Shown: positions 39,846 to 54,234 of the stretch, one piece after another
Position numbering within the stretch: position 1 is the stretch's first letter
Layout: each line of letters starts with the position of its first letter
Source: Harriotta raleighana
Taxonomy: Eukaryota
Length of the DNA stretch: 64,000 bases
NCBI GenBank assembly: GCA_050575255.1
Contig: JBNZDD010013732.1
Location: 19,375,608-19,439,607 of the forward strand
Direction of reading: 5' to 3'
Translations under genes and position numbers: made by a program
Notes under the pieces: model-generated
What the model was told of the DNA's origin: nothing
What the model saw: only the letters and a program-made list of their open reading frames with translations
Database searches by the model: none

Positions 39846-42800
39846 CTGGGGGGAAAGAAAGCGAGAGTTTCACATAAGCACACATTGTAACATTTCTTCA
39901 AACAGTTAAAAAAAAGAGGGACCATTTGTACAAGCGCTCCAGCAGTCAGTAATGTTTAATTGGTAGTTAAAGTGGAAATCATAACAGTATCAACAGCTTG
40001 CATATACAAACAGCATTCTTCACTTAGGATCCCATTTCAGAATGTTTCACAGTGGCAGGGTCGGCCTAGAAGGTAGGAGGGGGTAGAGGACCACAGGTGC
40101 AGTCGAAGAGATAGGTTTCAAAGTGGTACAGTAATGTACTTTGAAGACTCAGCCTTTAATAATGCGAAGAGGCATTGGGAGAGAGACAGCATCCCCGAAT
40201 AAGCTAGACAGCAGTGGGGAAGTGCTAGGGCATGAAGAAATTTGTGTCTGAGGGTGAGGACTTTGAAATTGATAAGGAGTTAGTGGAGACTGGTGAGGAA
40301 TGGCATGATGGATGATGCAACCTGAATCATGTACAGTCACTAAATCTATTTGATATGTACAGTACAGCCATTGTGTTTCTTTCTATGTGAGAATGACAGA
40401 TGGCCAAGTGGCTGAAATATAAGGTAATATTCAAACAATATTACTTAATATCAATCAATCAACATTTTATTTATATACTTAATATAGATGCTTAGTGGTG
40501 CTTTTCGTGACTTTTTATTCCTAAAAAGGAATATCTTTCCTCTTCTCTCGTCACTTCCGCTCACTACTGTATTTTTAAAGTGAAGCTATTTCATTCACAC
40601 ACTCTTTGATTTTGCTGCTGTGCCACATGCCAGTCAGAAAGCAGCCAGATTATCTCTTGCTCACAGGACTGTTCTATTGACGCCATGTAGTTAAAGGCAT
40701 ATAGGAGTAAAATAATCTGTCCAATTGTACCCCTCCTTGAAGTACATAGTCATACATATGAGCAGATGTTATGCATTTAATTGATTTTTCTTCAGAGACG
40801 TAGCAAATGTCATTGAAATTCAAAGATATGAGACGATGGGGTGTAGATGTCAATCCACGTTTATTAGGTCCCTGATGCAAAAGAGTGTTATGCACCAATT
40901 AAATATCTAACTCACAGACCTGCTCAACATATACCCAAGCTATAACATATTATGCAACAATTCTTTTCAATTAACTTCCCTGTAAATTCTATCAGGGTTT
41001 TGGTGATGGTGTGCTCTTCAGTAATTAAAACATTTTTTTATATAGCTCTAGAGATTCAGTGCTGAAAAGGTTAAATTACAATATAGTCCAATGTCGCTGC
41101 TCACTGTTGTAGCGATAATAAGAGAACTGCTTTTGAACCTAGGCCTCAGCTGGGATTCATTCCAGGCTTTGTAAACCGGTGGTCTAAAGTTAACAGTTAA
41201 CACAAGTGCTCCTCAGTGCAGCACAGAATCCACATCTGGATATTATATGTTCTGAAGTGAGCACGTGCCTTTTCTGGGCTAATTTCAAAATACACCTCAC
41301 ACAATTAATGTGGTGCAAAATTCAGGAAGAAAAAGAAAATAAAAGTCATTGATTTTGAACAGATCATTTCAAATAGAATAGAGGCCAATCGTCTAAAGGC
41401 CAATATTGTTGCATGCTCTTATTTATTTGTTAAATTGTATGGTGAGATTTTTTATGAAAATAATGTGCATATAAAATAATGTAAATGTAAAATAACATAA
41501 GAATATGTTTCATATTAAAGAAAGAAAGTCACCAGCCCCTGCGGTCCATTGAATCTAATATTTCAAAAAATTATTTAAAATTGCTTTAATCTGCAATTGT
41601 CAGTGCTTGAGGGGGAGGAAAAGAGCCTAGAGTGACTCACATTATATTCAGCACACTGATATTACAGTTTGTTTCTGTTGATTTCTTGCATTTGGTTTTG
41701 TTTTAACTGTGAGTACTGACAGTGTGAGTTAGACGTGTTGCATGCCATTCTGTCCGCTGTTAGGAAAACGCAATGTATCCTGATCTCATTTTAAGAGTAA
41801 GATGCTCGCAGTTGTGACTGTGAAGTGAAGAGAGTGGAGTTCATAATCACTTAATAAATTTATCTCTTTATTAATTCACTCCTTGCAATCCATCCATCCT
41901 TTATTCTACATTTGTTCTCATCTGAATTATAAAACCAGAGGTGCAAATCATTACTGAAGGCAGTCAGAGACCTTCACAGAATCATTTCAGCATAAATATA
42001 TAACGGGACCAACTCAATGTTATTGATAGTAATAAATAATGTAAAACTCATTCCACTATTCTCAATTTTCTTTTGACATGTTGAATTTTCTTTGATGTCA
42101 ATAGAGAGGATCTCTTTCCACCTAGGCTCCTCTGTACATGCAACAACTCCTAACCTCAAATGCTGTATTCATAATATCAGGTATTGATAAATATAACATT
42201 TGAGTCTGAATCCACACAAATTACAGTGGAATGAGTTGGAACTAGGATGAAACAAAACACCAAGGGTTTATTATGTCTGGTATCTAACTAACATTCCTCT
42301 GTCACTGTTGTGGCTGCATGGAGGACACTGATTTGTTCCAGTGTGATCTCCCTATGGAAGGGTCTCCTAAACATTATGCCTTTCAAACAATCAGTAAGAT
42401 TACTGAAGTCAGAACATGTCTTCGGCAGCATACACTGATGAAGAATCACTAGCATGGAAGTTTACCACTATAGATGGATTTTACAAAAATTAAACTTTCT
42501 AATATTTTCTTGCAAAGTTATTAAGAACACAGAGACTTTCCCATTACTCCACAGATTCCGCCAAAGTAAATTTCTTCAATGTTGAAATTAGAATTCATTC
42601 ACCTCTTCCAACTACATTAATTCTTCTCAAAGATCTCAAGACTGGGAACTGCTTACACCACTTGCTTGGTCTCCTTTTCCTTGTACAAACTACAAGATCT
42701 TGAAACTCAGGTCGCTTCTTAATTTAGTTCATTTTCTCTGTAACTTTTTGTAACCGAAGTATGCTCTATCTGGGATCTGTGGTTTAGCCTTTACACCAAG

Positions 42801-45800
42801 GCATCTCAATTTTTAAAAAAATCAAAAGTCACAGATGCACACTTCTGATGCTTTGCCATCTCCAACTACATTAGCAACCACTAGAACTTCCCCAAGGACA
42901 CATTTTCTGACTCTGTACTGTTTTAGCAAGTATGAGTGGCAAAGACGCAAGAGTTCTTAGGTTCATGTTTTCCACCAGGCATTTCAGGTTACCAGCACAA
43001 ATGTTGTTGTGAAGTTGAATTCAAGTGAGTGAGTTATTTTGCGGAAAACCTTAAAAGTTCAAGGTCAGTGTGTTTAAGAATCCAGGAAGCCACACCACAG
43101 GGCACCAGTACATGAGACAACTGTTTGCTGACTTCTGACCTCAAGTCATCGTGTGACAATAATTCACTTCATTGTCACAATGTGGTTGAAGCAGTGGGAA
43201 GTGATTCCAGCCAAAAGATAGACTGATATTGATTGGCTGCCACATTCTCCCTCTTAATGTTAAAATAATGCACTCTGGCCTTTGTTTCCCGGATTGCAAC
43301 ACACAGTCCACTTCCTGCTCGGTGTTGGGACTTTAGCCACGATTTAACACCAGTTATTCAATGCGGTTTTAATTCATGCAACACTAGTTGTAACCGACCC
43401 ATATCAGACTGCATTATTCTGTTCTACCAATTATTATATTTATTTGTGAGCTTACATTTTACTGAAGCAAAATAAAATGTTGACCTTAAATGGGAAGTGA
43501 TCCTAGAAGGAGGTGCAATTAAATTTCACGTAAAAATCTGGAAGTGAATGCAGATCAGTGATGCAACAGTTAAGCTGCTCTTTCAGATCATTGTGGTTGT
43601 GACTCTGAACGTTTCCACCAGGTGCTGGATTGGTTGCTCCATGTAATGGGAGCACATTGCAAACATCAGTAAACGTTCAAAATAATAATATTCCTTTCAA
43701 AATGTTTGAGACGTTTCAAACTGCTTCACGGAATATACCGTAAAGTTATAGTCACTCAGCTACAATCAATCAATCTCTGTACTTTACAGCGAATCCTGTG
43801 AAATGCATTAAGATGTCCTTCTGATGTGAAGTGTCCTATATCAAAATCAAGGATTATTATTATTATTTATTAATATTTCAAGACTCTCCACCCCTTCTGA
43901 TCCCAACCCCCAACTTGGTTGAAATCCTTGACTTAGGACATCCTCCTTACTAGAATTGTGCTATAAAAGTGTAATTTGTTGTTGTTATGAAAATTTTATT
44001 TTCAGTTATTAAGGCTCTTTGACCTCCTGAAATATGTAAAGTGCAGTACTAAATTCTTGCCACAAAGCCCCTGAACTGCATTCACCATATGTCACAAAGC
44101 CTTAATATAGCATCTGTCCATAGCTATTTTGTCTAAAAATGGAAAAGTTAGTGTATTATTATTAATCCATCCAAGCTAATCACTCCCGGTGAAATGGAGG
44201 CAGGAATACATATCAGAGGGAGTGGAGAGTCTCACATTACTTGGATGTTTCTGTGAACAAGAGCTGTGTGTTCTATTTCCGGCAATCTCACATGGGGAAA
44301 AAGGATTGGGAATCGGCTTCCAACCGCAACCAGTGGGATGTGCGTTTTCATTGATCACTCTTTCATTAATCACTGCAAAGAGCTGAGGATTTGTCCGCAA
44401 ACAGTTTCATTGCACTGCAAAGCCCCCCTGTGTCCAGGAACGCTTGCTCCATCTGACACTTGACAAGTGGTATTTTTAGACACCTCGTGCAGTGGCTTTT
44501 GGCCATCGACAGCTGCTAAAATTGCAGGCATGTGAAATCACAAATTCTTTCAAGCGTTTTAAACCCCGAATGATTTACAATGCAATGTTTTTCTTCTCCC
44601 AAAAAGGAGGTTTAATGGGGTGCACCCAACATCTGGAGCAAGATCAAACTGGATTCAGTTTCAGAAAAAGAGAGTATTAAATGAGTGTTTGGAGCAAAAG
44701 CTTTAGAATAGTAGCTTGATGGTGGTATATTTATTGCTTTGCATTCACACGTGAAAGAGCTATAAGGACTGTGATTTATACAGGTGTTTCTTAAGAGTGA
44801 TAAGAGTAGTAGAGATATTTTTTCTTTTTGGAGCACTGATTATGATTCCTTTGAGTTGTTCTGGCAAGTAGCGCATTGAGGAGAAAGTGAAATGTTAATT
44901 GTTCCTCTGCAGTGAGTCCGGTCAAGAGCAAGCAATTATCAATAATGTCTATAAACTAAATCCTGGAGATGGACAGCCTGTAATCTCCTGGAGGCGGACA
45001 GATGTTCTAAATGGCAAGAACAAAACTGAGCAGATTGCGGACATCATCTGAACCCCCAGTTTAGATGCCTGCCATGAAATGTTTCTACCTGTTGAGAATT
45101 ATAAGATTGTGAGCCAATCTAATGTTGTGCTTTTTTTTNTTAAACCAGGCTTTTTATACCGCTTTATAATCCTAACTCCATCTAAATGTATCCCCAAATT
45201 CAAGTACAGTACTCAAATGGAAATGGTGGCTCTGCACATTATTGTCTATGAGGCATTTANAAACCAGGCTTTTTATACTGCTTTATAATCCTAACTCCAT
45301 CTAAATGTATCCCCAAATTCAAGTACAATACTCAAATGGAAATGGTGGCTCTGCACATTATTGTCTATGAGGCATTTATTTCATTTTGATTACATTTTAT
45401 TTTGGAAAGAGCTTTGAAACGTTTATTTCAGGTGAAAGATGCTGTATACATTGTTTGACAAACTTTTGACTTCTGTAAAAGGAGGGCAGTTAAAAAGAAT
45501 GTTTTTTTTATATAATCCTACATTATTTATTCAGTATTTGCAAAACCAATACTACAGTACTTGCAGCAGAAGCTTTTAATAGAAATTCCTACTTTTGTAT
45601 GTGCGTGGGCAGATTCTCTTTATCCAATTGCCTACAAAATGTGGGAAGCTTACTGGTGCTGAGCGGACATTTAGCTTGATTAAAGTTCCCAGGTGATGAC
45701 ACGGTGGTCATCTGGAGCATGCTGGATTTCTTAGAAAGAAGACACGAGGCCACATGGTCCAACATGTTTGGCTATATTAAAGTGAAAGTTGCCTGTGAAG

Positions 45801-48800
45801 AGTTGTGACTTGCTTTATGCCACTTGGCCACAGTTGTCAGTTTGTAACTGCTGTTAGAAGTGGAATGGATGCAATTCCAACAATCATTGTTTAAATGCTT
45901 GCACCCTTTGTCTTACCCATCCACGTGCTAACTCTGACTTCCCGATATAAACCTCAAGAAAGCAGCTGCCTGCCAGATACAGCCTTCACAGTAGAGGTGG
46001 CTCGCATTGCTTCCAGCCCCTGAGATTTGTAAAACAAATGTCTGGCTTTTAGCTAACATTAGGGAATTCAAATAATTAAAATTTGCTCTCAAATGAGTTG
46101 AAACGTAAAGTAATTTAACATCTTTACACTCGTTTGCTCTTTGCAGAATTTTAGCTTCATAAAATAGGCTGCAGTTTATCCACTGAAATGATTGGAAATA
46201 CGGGATTAGTTGGGAATGAAAATAGCAATATTTCATAATGGGGTTATGGTTAAACATTTGAAAATTACAGTAATTATTTTTACATTATGCTGATCATTTT
46301 GACCTCTCAGGTATCAGATCCCTTCCCGTCAGTGACATGATATGCTTGGTGTGGCCTTGCTGTTAAATCCTGCCCCCTAGCACATATATCCTTATTCAAA
46401 TAGCCCACAAAACCCACTGTCTGTGAAGATCGAGTGAAGAAGAAGGAATGTTTGTGGTTCCTGTGGACTTGTACCCTTCCATTACTCACCACCTTCAACA
46501 ACAAACACCAAATTGAATTTACATAGCTCCTTCGTGTTGGGTAATATCTCAAGAGCGATTCGCGAGAGGACAAAACATATCAGATCGAGTAGATTGTAGA
46601 AGCTATACTCACTCTGAATCCAAAGTGCTGAGGGTTTAATGTTGGAAAAGTTCTTTGAAGAATGTGGTGTCACAGAGTTTACATCAATAAATTCCTAACC
46701 GTGTATCTGGTTGGGGGCAGGGGCGAGGCACTGAGTGAATGCAATCTTTTAAACAGTTAACCAAGACCTAACTTTTCTTAATCCCATGATGACTATCACT
46801 GCCATTTAACAAGCTAGGGAGTTTTATTTATTGATTCAATTACCTTTACAGGTTACTGTTGCCTCTCTGGGTTTCCCTGGTTTCTCTCCCCTTTCCAATC
46901 TCCCCAAGCCATACACTTCCCACAGCTGACATATTTACTCTTGAAGTGCTTGCTATGTGTGTGTAAGAAAATCCCACTGAGGACTCTGAAATTCCATTTG
47001 TCCCTGTGAGGAAACTCTTGCCGTTGTTTTCCCAGAGACCCATCTGAGAATTGGAGACAGAGGTGACTATAAACCCATCAAGTCATGGGACCCCCACACA
47101 CTAGTGCCTAAGTAACTTCCCCACCCAATCTTTAATTCTATTTATTTCTGTATTTATCCTCCCCAATTATAGTTTCCTTGTTCCCCCCTCTTCAGATGTT
47201 AGCAAGGAAAATAAACATCAGATTTTTGCTATTTGCCCAGATGCTGAGGTTGTGCACTGTTTGGGTGAATTTGAGACAGGGAGGTTGAGAAGATCAGCAC
47301 CAGAAGTGGGAAGATGTTGTCAGGAGCCAAGGAGGATGAAAAATCCAGTAAATATCTCAAGTCCGGCTCTCAAGACTATCTGAAGGCAGTGATTTGCACA
47401 CCAATCGACTGTAGCATAAATGCAGTTTATGTGAACCTATTCACGCTGCCCTTAAGAATGATCCCAAAGCATTCATTTAACCATTAACTTTGACCGCAAC
47501 TAAGAGCAGATTGTCTGATGGATTTGTGCGCTGGTAGAAAATACGAAATAGGTTTTTGACCTCTACCATAATTCTTACGCACGGCTCATTGTACAAACCA
47601 GATAAATCAGTCAAATTCATAATGAGAGATATGTGAAATGGTGATCTGGCAAAGCATTTGAGATATTATTAGCATTTAAGGCCAGTACAGCAATAAAAAT
47701 CAGCATAACTTACATTAGGCATCTGCCGTTCTGTGACCAGAGCTTAACCTATAGACCAACCATGTAGACAATGTACAGACAGTCGGCAAGACCTAAAGCA
47801 GTGCTCCTGGATTATCTTCAGTAATGGATTAAGCCTCCAATTACCCTAATGATTAACTAACTCCACATTAGCTACGTCCTTACAATAATATTTTCTCTTT
47901 TTACTATTTGTGGTTTGGCTCCCAGATTAAGCATCTCTGCCTTTCACATTCAGCAACTTCTGGACAGGCTGAGAAGCACTGATCCATCATTTCGAATCTC
48001 TACTGCTCTGTCACTCACCCAGACTAAGAATGGATTTTATATGCATCATACTGAGATAAATAACTGTTACTGTAACACTGGTCATAGGCTGATACAAAAA
48101 TACCAGGTTACTCATTTCATTGCATACACGTTAATGACTGTATAGATGGTTGGGGGTAGATTGGGTCAGCAAATTTGAGAGGAAATTAGATGCCATATTA
48201 TTTTTAAAAATTTAATTGAGTGGAGTTAGAGTTGGAAAGCAATTATTGCTTCTTCCTTTGAGTCTGGCCAGGTGAACTACATGGTCTTTTCTGGTATTAT
48301 GTTCCAATTTATGTATTGTAAAACATTAGAAAATGTCAAGATCAAACTGTGCTAAAGCTTGGACATAAAAGGAATAGCAGGCACCTTTACATCAATTCCA
48401 AGAGCTTTGTCCCAACCAGCCATTGACTTAGTCTCACAGGGAGACACATAGAGGAATAGCCAGAAAGCTGTTCCTTACTAGAAATACATCCAATATCATC
48501 AGTTATTCAAAGCCTGGTATCTTTGAGCACTGCCATGGCCTGCTGTTATTCATTAATACTGACTACAGACACTTCAGCATTAATTCTCACTGCCTGTGCA
48601 AAAATAAATTTGCAACAAATTTCCACTGAGACAAAAAAAAAGTCTTTTATTGTGACTCATTTCACTCAGCTGGGAACTCAGACTGTTTCAAGTGTCAGTT
48701 GTGTTTAGGTAATCGTGTTGTTCTAATACACTTCAGTTTACATCCAAAGCAACAGCACGGGCCTTGTCTTATTCCTGCAGCAGTGCTGGGTGAACTTTGC

Positions 48801-50227
48801 TAGCTACCTAGTGACTTGTCAATGTGCTAAAAACAGTTTGTCAAACACAAATAGCGATCAAAGTCAATTATGAGCGGCTATGGTAAATAGTTTGTCACGT
48901 GCTAAAAGGAGCAGCATTTCACAGAAACATAACTACAGACCAGTAAATGACATCTATGTTTGCTTGACAGGGTTATCTGTCCACACTTCTAAAGCACTCT
49001 CATGTGGATTGCCACGATAAAATGAAACCTTCAATCAACTTTGAAGACTCTGAGCAGTGGAGAAAAGAAAGATCCTAAATTCAATTAGATTTACAAAAAC
49101 TCAACAAAGGATTGATTGTCACCTGTCATCCCAAAAATTGCGCTAAACGTCCAATTTGATTAATGGAAGTAAATAATAACAAGAATTGAATTCATAACCA
49201 GCTCTGACGTGACCTGAACGCTTTAACATTCAATGTCACTTTGCGCCCAAACAGAGTTTAAATTAATACAACAGGCCCGCACTCAGATACTTATCAACGT
49301 CTCCATCCACAATCTATTCAAGCAGACAAACGTTTTGTTAATTCTATTCCTGTTTTTGTCTCTTTGATTAGTTTGTAAGAGTAGGTTGGAAATGGCATGC
49401 CTTTCTGGTGTGTGGCTTTATCTGCATTGAAGCACCTGGCACATTAACATTGGGGCCCAGACCTAAAACAAAACCCCACATAAATCTGCAGCTTCCTAGT
49501 AACCAATTGCCTCTTATAAGCCCATGCCTCAAACCACTCAATTACTGCTGTCCATGATTAATTATGGAAATGGTAGCAGCCTTTCTTCAGCGGACCTTTG
49601 CATATGTTCACAATTATATTAGTGTTGTACCTTAGAGCTGATAGTCTTCTATTAATATGATAAATGTGTAAATGATGGTCATTTCTAGAGTGATTATTTG
49701 TCTGAGTAGATACAATTATTTCGGTAGGTGGAGTCAATGCAATGATTTTCATTTACACCAACCATTTTGAAAACCTTTCCAGTTTAAGGTGGCAACTGTG
49801 TGATATGTTTCCTTCCATTACGACAGTTATCAGGAAACGCAAAGCTACAAAGAGAAATTGTGAATGGCCTCCAGACAGCTACAAAGCTGAAGCAGGGTCA
49901 TACCCGATCAGCCTATCAATCAGTGATTCATTTTCAGATGCTCAGTGACGGGCAGGAAATTTAAACCATGGATTCAAATATTATGCCGTACACTTTCCAT
50001 TTAACAGTTTTTTTAACAACAATGTTTACATTAAGAATAAAATTAAGAGAGAGGGTAGATTGTGGGATGGAGGGGGTGAGGGAAATGTAGCAGGCCAGTG
50101 TTTAATGAGCAGAGGGAGCATCAGTTGGTGCAGTGAAAGGAGGTCTAGAGAGGCAAGGTGGGGAGAAACTGGAATAAAAAGAGCAAATTCCAGAAGTGTA
50201 ACAAGAATAGAAGAATGGGGTGACTCA

Positions 50228-50350
<123 letters not shown>

Positions 50351-50380
50351 TCAGAAAAACATATTAATGAACCCAAGGCA

Positions 50381-50493
50381 TAATAATAATAATCCTTGCA
50401 CTAGATAGAGCACCTTATCAGGTGTTCGAGATGTCTCAAAGCCCTTCACAGAATATACTGTAAAGTGAATTGACTGTATGTTTTGTGGGCAAA
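50381..50493 (-). mobile_element. 3' half of the tRNA-SINE family, ~36 nt upstream of the exon 3 acceptor
   Basis: TAATAATAATAATCCTTGCA...CTTCACAGAATATACTGTAAAGTGAATTGAC. Confidence 0.8.
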
Positions 50494-52558
50494 ATAATCC
50501 TGTAAGGAATGTAGTTTTCTCATTTTTAATGCAATTCTCATCTTAGAAGTAATAGATGATAAAGTTTGGTTTAACTATACTTGATAATCCAGATCGATAG
50601 TTCTTTGTAAATGACGCCACTGAAAGGGAAACAGACGAGATTTGCCAGCAACAAAGCATTGAAAGCCCCAGTCTCCGTTTTACTGCAATCAGCGTGACAA
50701 AGGCAGGTAAAGGCCAGTTAGTTAAAAAATCAACACAGGAATAACTTCTCCACATATGGGTCACAAATGGGAGGCAATAATATTTACAGAATGAAGCCAT
50801 GACTTTGGCAAGAGTCTCAAAAAGGGCTGAGAATATATTGTTGCGAGTGCACGAGGCATTGTAATTACCGCTGGTAGTTAAAAGACCTTAGAACCTATCA
50901 GCATAATAGTATCTGTGAAGGAATAGAGCTCGAAAGCACAGGGGAATAAACTGAAAAATTAATTTCCTCAAGTACTGTATTTACAGAGAAATCCTTCTAT
51001 CTTTCATCAATGCAAAATAATTGAGTTGTATCCAAAGAATCTGACTGACTCTCTTTCCGCCTTTGGTTAGCAGTATTACTAGAAATGTCTTGTCGGACAA
51101 GCTTGATGTCCACTTAAAATAATTGAGCCAATGAAGCCCACCAGTTTGAACATGGGTCTCAAATGACTCTGTGGAAATTAGGAAAAAAAAAGCGACACCA
51201 CTGTTCTTTGTAACACTTGACAAAATATTAAAATAATTCTGTAAAGAGTAATAATGCAGTACCAAAATTGTATATTAAATGGGATTAAATGTAACAACAA
51301 TTGCCCTCTGAAGTCTCCAAATCAGAATTCTACTTATTTTTTGAACACTACTGGTTTGGTTCATCGAGTCTGTGCTTGTATTTTCCTCCACAAGACTAAC
51401 CAACACTCTCCAGCTCTCTCCCATTCTTCAAACATCTCATGTTAAAGGGACTCAACACCCTGAGCAGTTAAAACCACAGTATTTTGATTGGTAACAGGTG
51501 TAGGCAATAATCTACTGATGGTGGATGACAGATTGTTTGAGACCGCCACTATTGATAAATGAGTTAAGAGAGCACAGGTATCAATGGTGTATAATTTGTG
51601 TGTGGCCTTGGCAATTGTGTTTCTCTTTTTTCATGCTTGTCTAAAAGCCCCACAGGTTCAATTAGAATCCCTTCATGCCTATTAAGATGTCTTCCCGGTA
51701 CATGTAAACAAAGAATCTTGACAGCAGTGTTTTCCACATAATACTGTCTCAAAGGTTCTCCAAACTACCTACGCAACTACAGTAAACATGATACAGCATA
51801 GGATGCTAATATTGCCCATTCGTATTGACCCATACCATTTCATTGGCTCCGCTTTCAATTTGTGTTGTTAATCTTAAACAAGTTCATATTTGGAGAGCAA
51901 AGCTTCAGAACGTTCAGCAGGAGAAGCAACAGAATTTCCAGGTAGAATTACACAGAATTACACGGTACAGAAATAGGCCATTTAGCTCAACGAGTCCAAG
52001 TCAATGCTTCTACTATCAAGGTAAACTTACATGGACCTGGGGCAGAAGCTGCAAACCAAGCTGGCACAGTCTGGGTCTTCACTCAAGCTGTATCAGATCA
52101 CTAAATAGCTGATTACATTGCTAGGTTTTGTTTGAAAAAAGTATTTTCTCAAAACAATTATGATGAAGGCTAGTGCTCTCACACCAGGGACTTCAATGGA
52201 CATGTTTGTGTATTGGTCAGATAGGCTGTATGTTGAGNATGGACTTCAATGGACATGTTTGTGTATTGGTCAGATAGGCTGTATGTTGAGAAATTCAAGC
52301 TCCCTTGTGGCATATTCTTCAAAAGCACCTGTTAGTTTGTATTACGTATTTCCAAATATAAATTACTTTTAGACTTGAGATCCAAGATGAGCTCCAGGCT
52401 AAACATATATTACTTTGCAGGGAATGGAATGATTTTATAACAACTAGTTATGGTTGTCAGGGACATTGTCAGCGGCCCATTTCATTGCTATTTCAGTGTG
52501 GAACTGGCAGCATTCAGTTTCATCTTAAATCAGGTAAAACTGTTCAAAAAGGATGGTA

Positions 52559-53111
52559 CAGTAAAACTCAGTTTATCCGGCCCGCTCAGGGTGGGGGCGA
52601 CTAATTGATTGTGCTGGATAAATGGGGGACAAGTTGCCAAAAACTCACCATAAAAAATTAGCTTATTTTAAAACATATCATGTTAATAATAGACTAAATA
52701 GTAACAGAATATTGTATGGATACTTACCAATAAAGCATTCCAGCACACTCAGTAAAAAAATCAGTAAAAAAGCCACTTGGCTTTTTTACAGAATGTAGCG
52801 CAAACAGCCACAAAGTGAATGACCATTTTAAAAACTAATAGGTGGTATAGCTACTAACAGGTACAGCGGATATATCCTGGTGTCCTGGACAGCAATGCCC
52901 CAGGTTTGTTATTAAAATGGTCATTCACTTTGTGGCTGTTTGCGTGACATTCTGTAAAAAACCCAAGTTAGTAAGTTTAATAAATGCACATAGGCACACA
53001 TTGCACGCATGCGCAAAGTGAGCAAACTCACAATTGCTGGAATGGGGAATTGCCCCGGGAGGGGGTCGAGCAATCTGGTTGATCGTGTCACAGATAAACA
53101 AGGTTTTACTG
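52559..53111. mobile_element. Tigger/pogo-like MITE, subfamily B (553 bp), with an internal hairpin cargo
   Basis: TA|CAGTAAAACTCAGTTTATCCG ... AGATAAACAAGGTTTTACTG|TA; colinear with 62535-62932 except in the centre. Confidence 0.9.
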
Positions 53112-53539
53112 TATTAGAATAAGATAACAGACAAAATAGGCTGTTTTGGCAGCCAGCTCTTGCCAGAAAATACAGTTTAAAAATGTTTCCTTCTTTGACC
53201 CAATTTTTTGATGTCTTCACAGTCGTTTTGATGGGGTGGTGGGGAGAATGCTGTCATAAATCCAGCCCGATTTTACTCTGTGGGGATGGAAGAGTCGGCA
53301 GATAATACAGAGTAATCCTCCATTTGATCACCCCACGTGTTTGGCCAAACCACCAAGTTTGTAAACTCAGAAGGCAGTTAAAACTGGGATTGAAATTGAT
53401 CAGCTACAGTCTCGAATTTCATGTTATAGCCACTAACTATCAGGCTAATTGTCAACCTAGTTCGTTTGGTGTCTCTAAGTTAGTGTCTCTAAGTTAGAGA
53501 CACCAAACGACACCTTCGTCGGGACTTTACACTCATGTG

Positions 53540-53780
53540 GTCTAGGCTGACAGCCCAATATTGTGAGTCCTGCACTGCTGGAGGTGCTATTCTTCAGATG
53601 AGATGTTAAACTGAGTCTTATCTGTATGTTCAGGTGGATGCTTACGCTCCCATAGCATAATTGAAAAGAGTAGCGGGTATACTGGTGTCCTGGCCAGGTT
53701 TGTTTTTAAAATGGTCATTCACTTTGCGGCTGTTTGAGCGACATTCTGTGCGCAAATTGGCCACTGTATTCGTCTGCTTA
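53540..53780 (+). mobile_element. Deu-domain SINE, partial
   Basis: TGCACTGCTGGAGGTGCTATTCTTCAGATGAGATGTTAAAC..TTCAGGTGGATG..CTGGTGTCCTGGCCA..TGTGCGCAAATTGGC. Confidence 0.75.
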
Positions 53781-53808
53781 CCCTCTGAGTCAGGGAATAA
53801 TAGTACAG

Positions 53809-53920
53809 TAATAATAATATTCCTTACATTTGATGTAGAGCCTTATCATGTCTTCAAGATGTCTCAAAGTGCTTCACAAAATATACTGTAAAGTAAATTG
53901 ACTATATTTTGTGGGCAAAA
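53809..53920 (-). mobile_element. 3' half of the tRNA-SINE family
   Basis: Reverse complement of the same module. Confidence 0.75.
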
Positions 53921-54234
53921 AGGGAAGAGAAAAATAAATTAAAGTGTGGGAACAGAACAAGACCAACGTACGTTGCAATAATTCTGTTTCTCATCATTTA
54001 GATCATTGAATCTCGGCTGCTAATCTGTTCATTTAAACTGTAATCCCCATCTAACCTTTCTTGTGCAAAGCAAATACAACTCCCCTTTCCCATTGAAAAG
54101 AATATAAGCCTCTGACCCAGTCGTCTCTGCAGTATTTAATAACCTGCCCTCAGAATCAGGGAATTAGGATTAAAGTTGGAGCAACCGTCTTTGTAGCAGA
54201 ACCAGAGAAACATTCCCTCACTGCCTGTGCACTT

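Noticed and set aside
44300-49400. Repeat-poor stretches that look like conserved non-coding enhancers
   Set aside because: Cannot be supported without a cross-species alignment.
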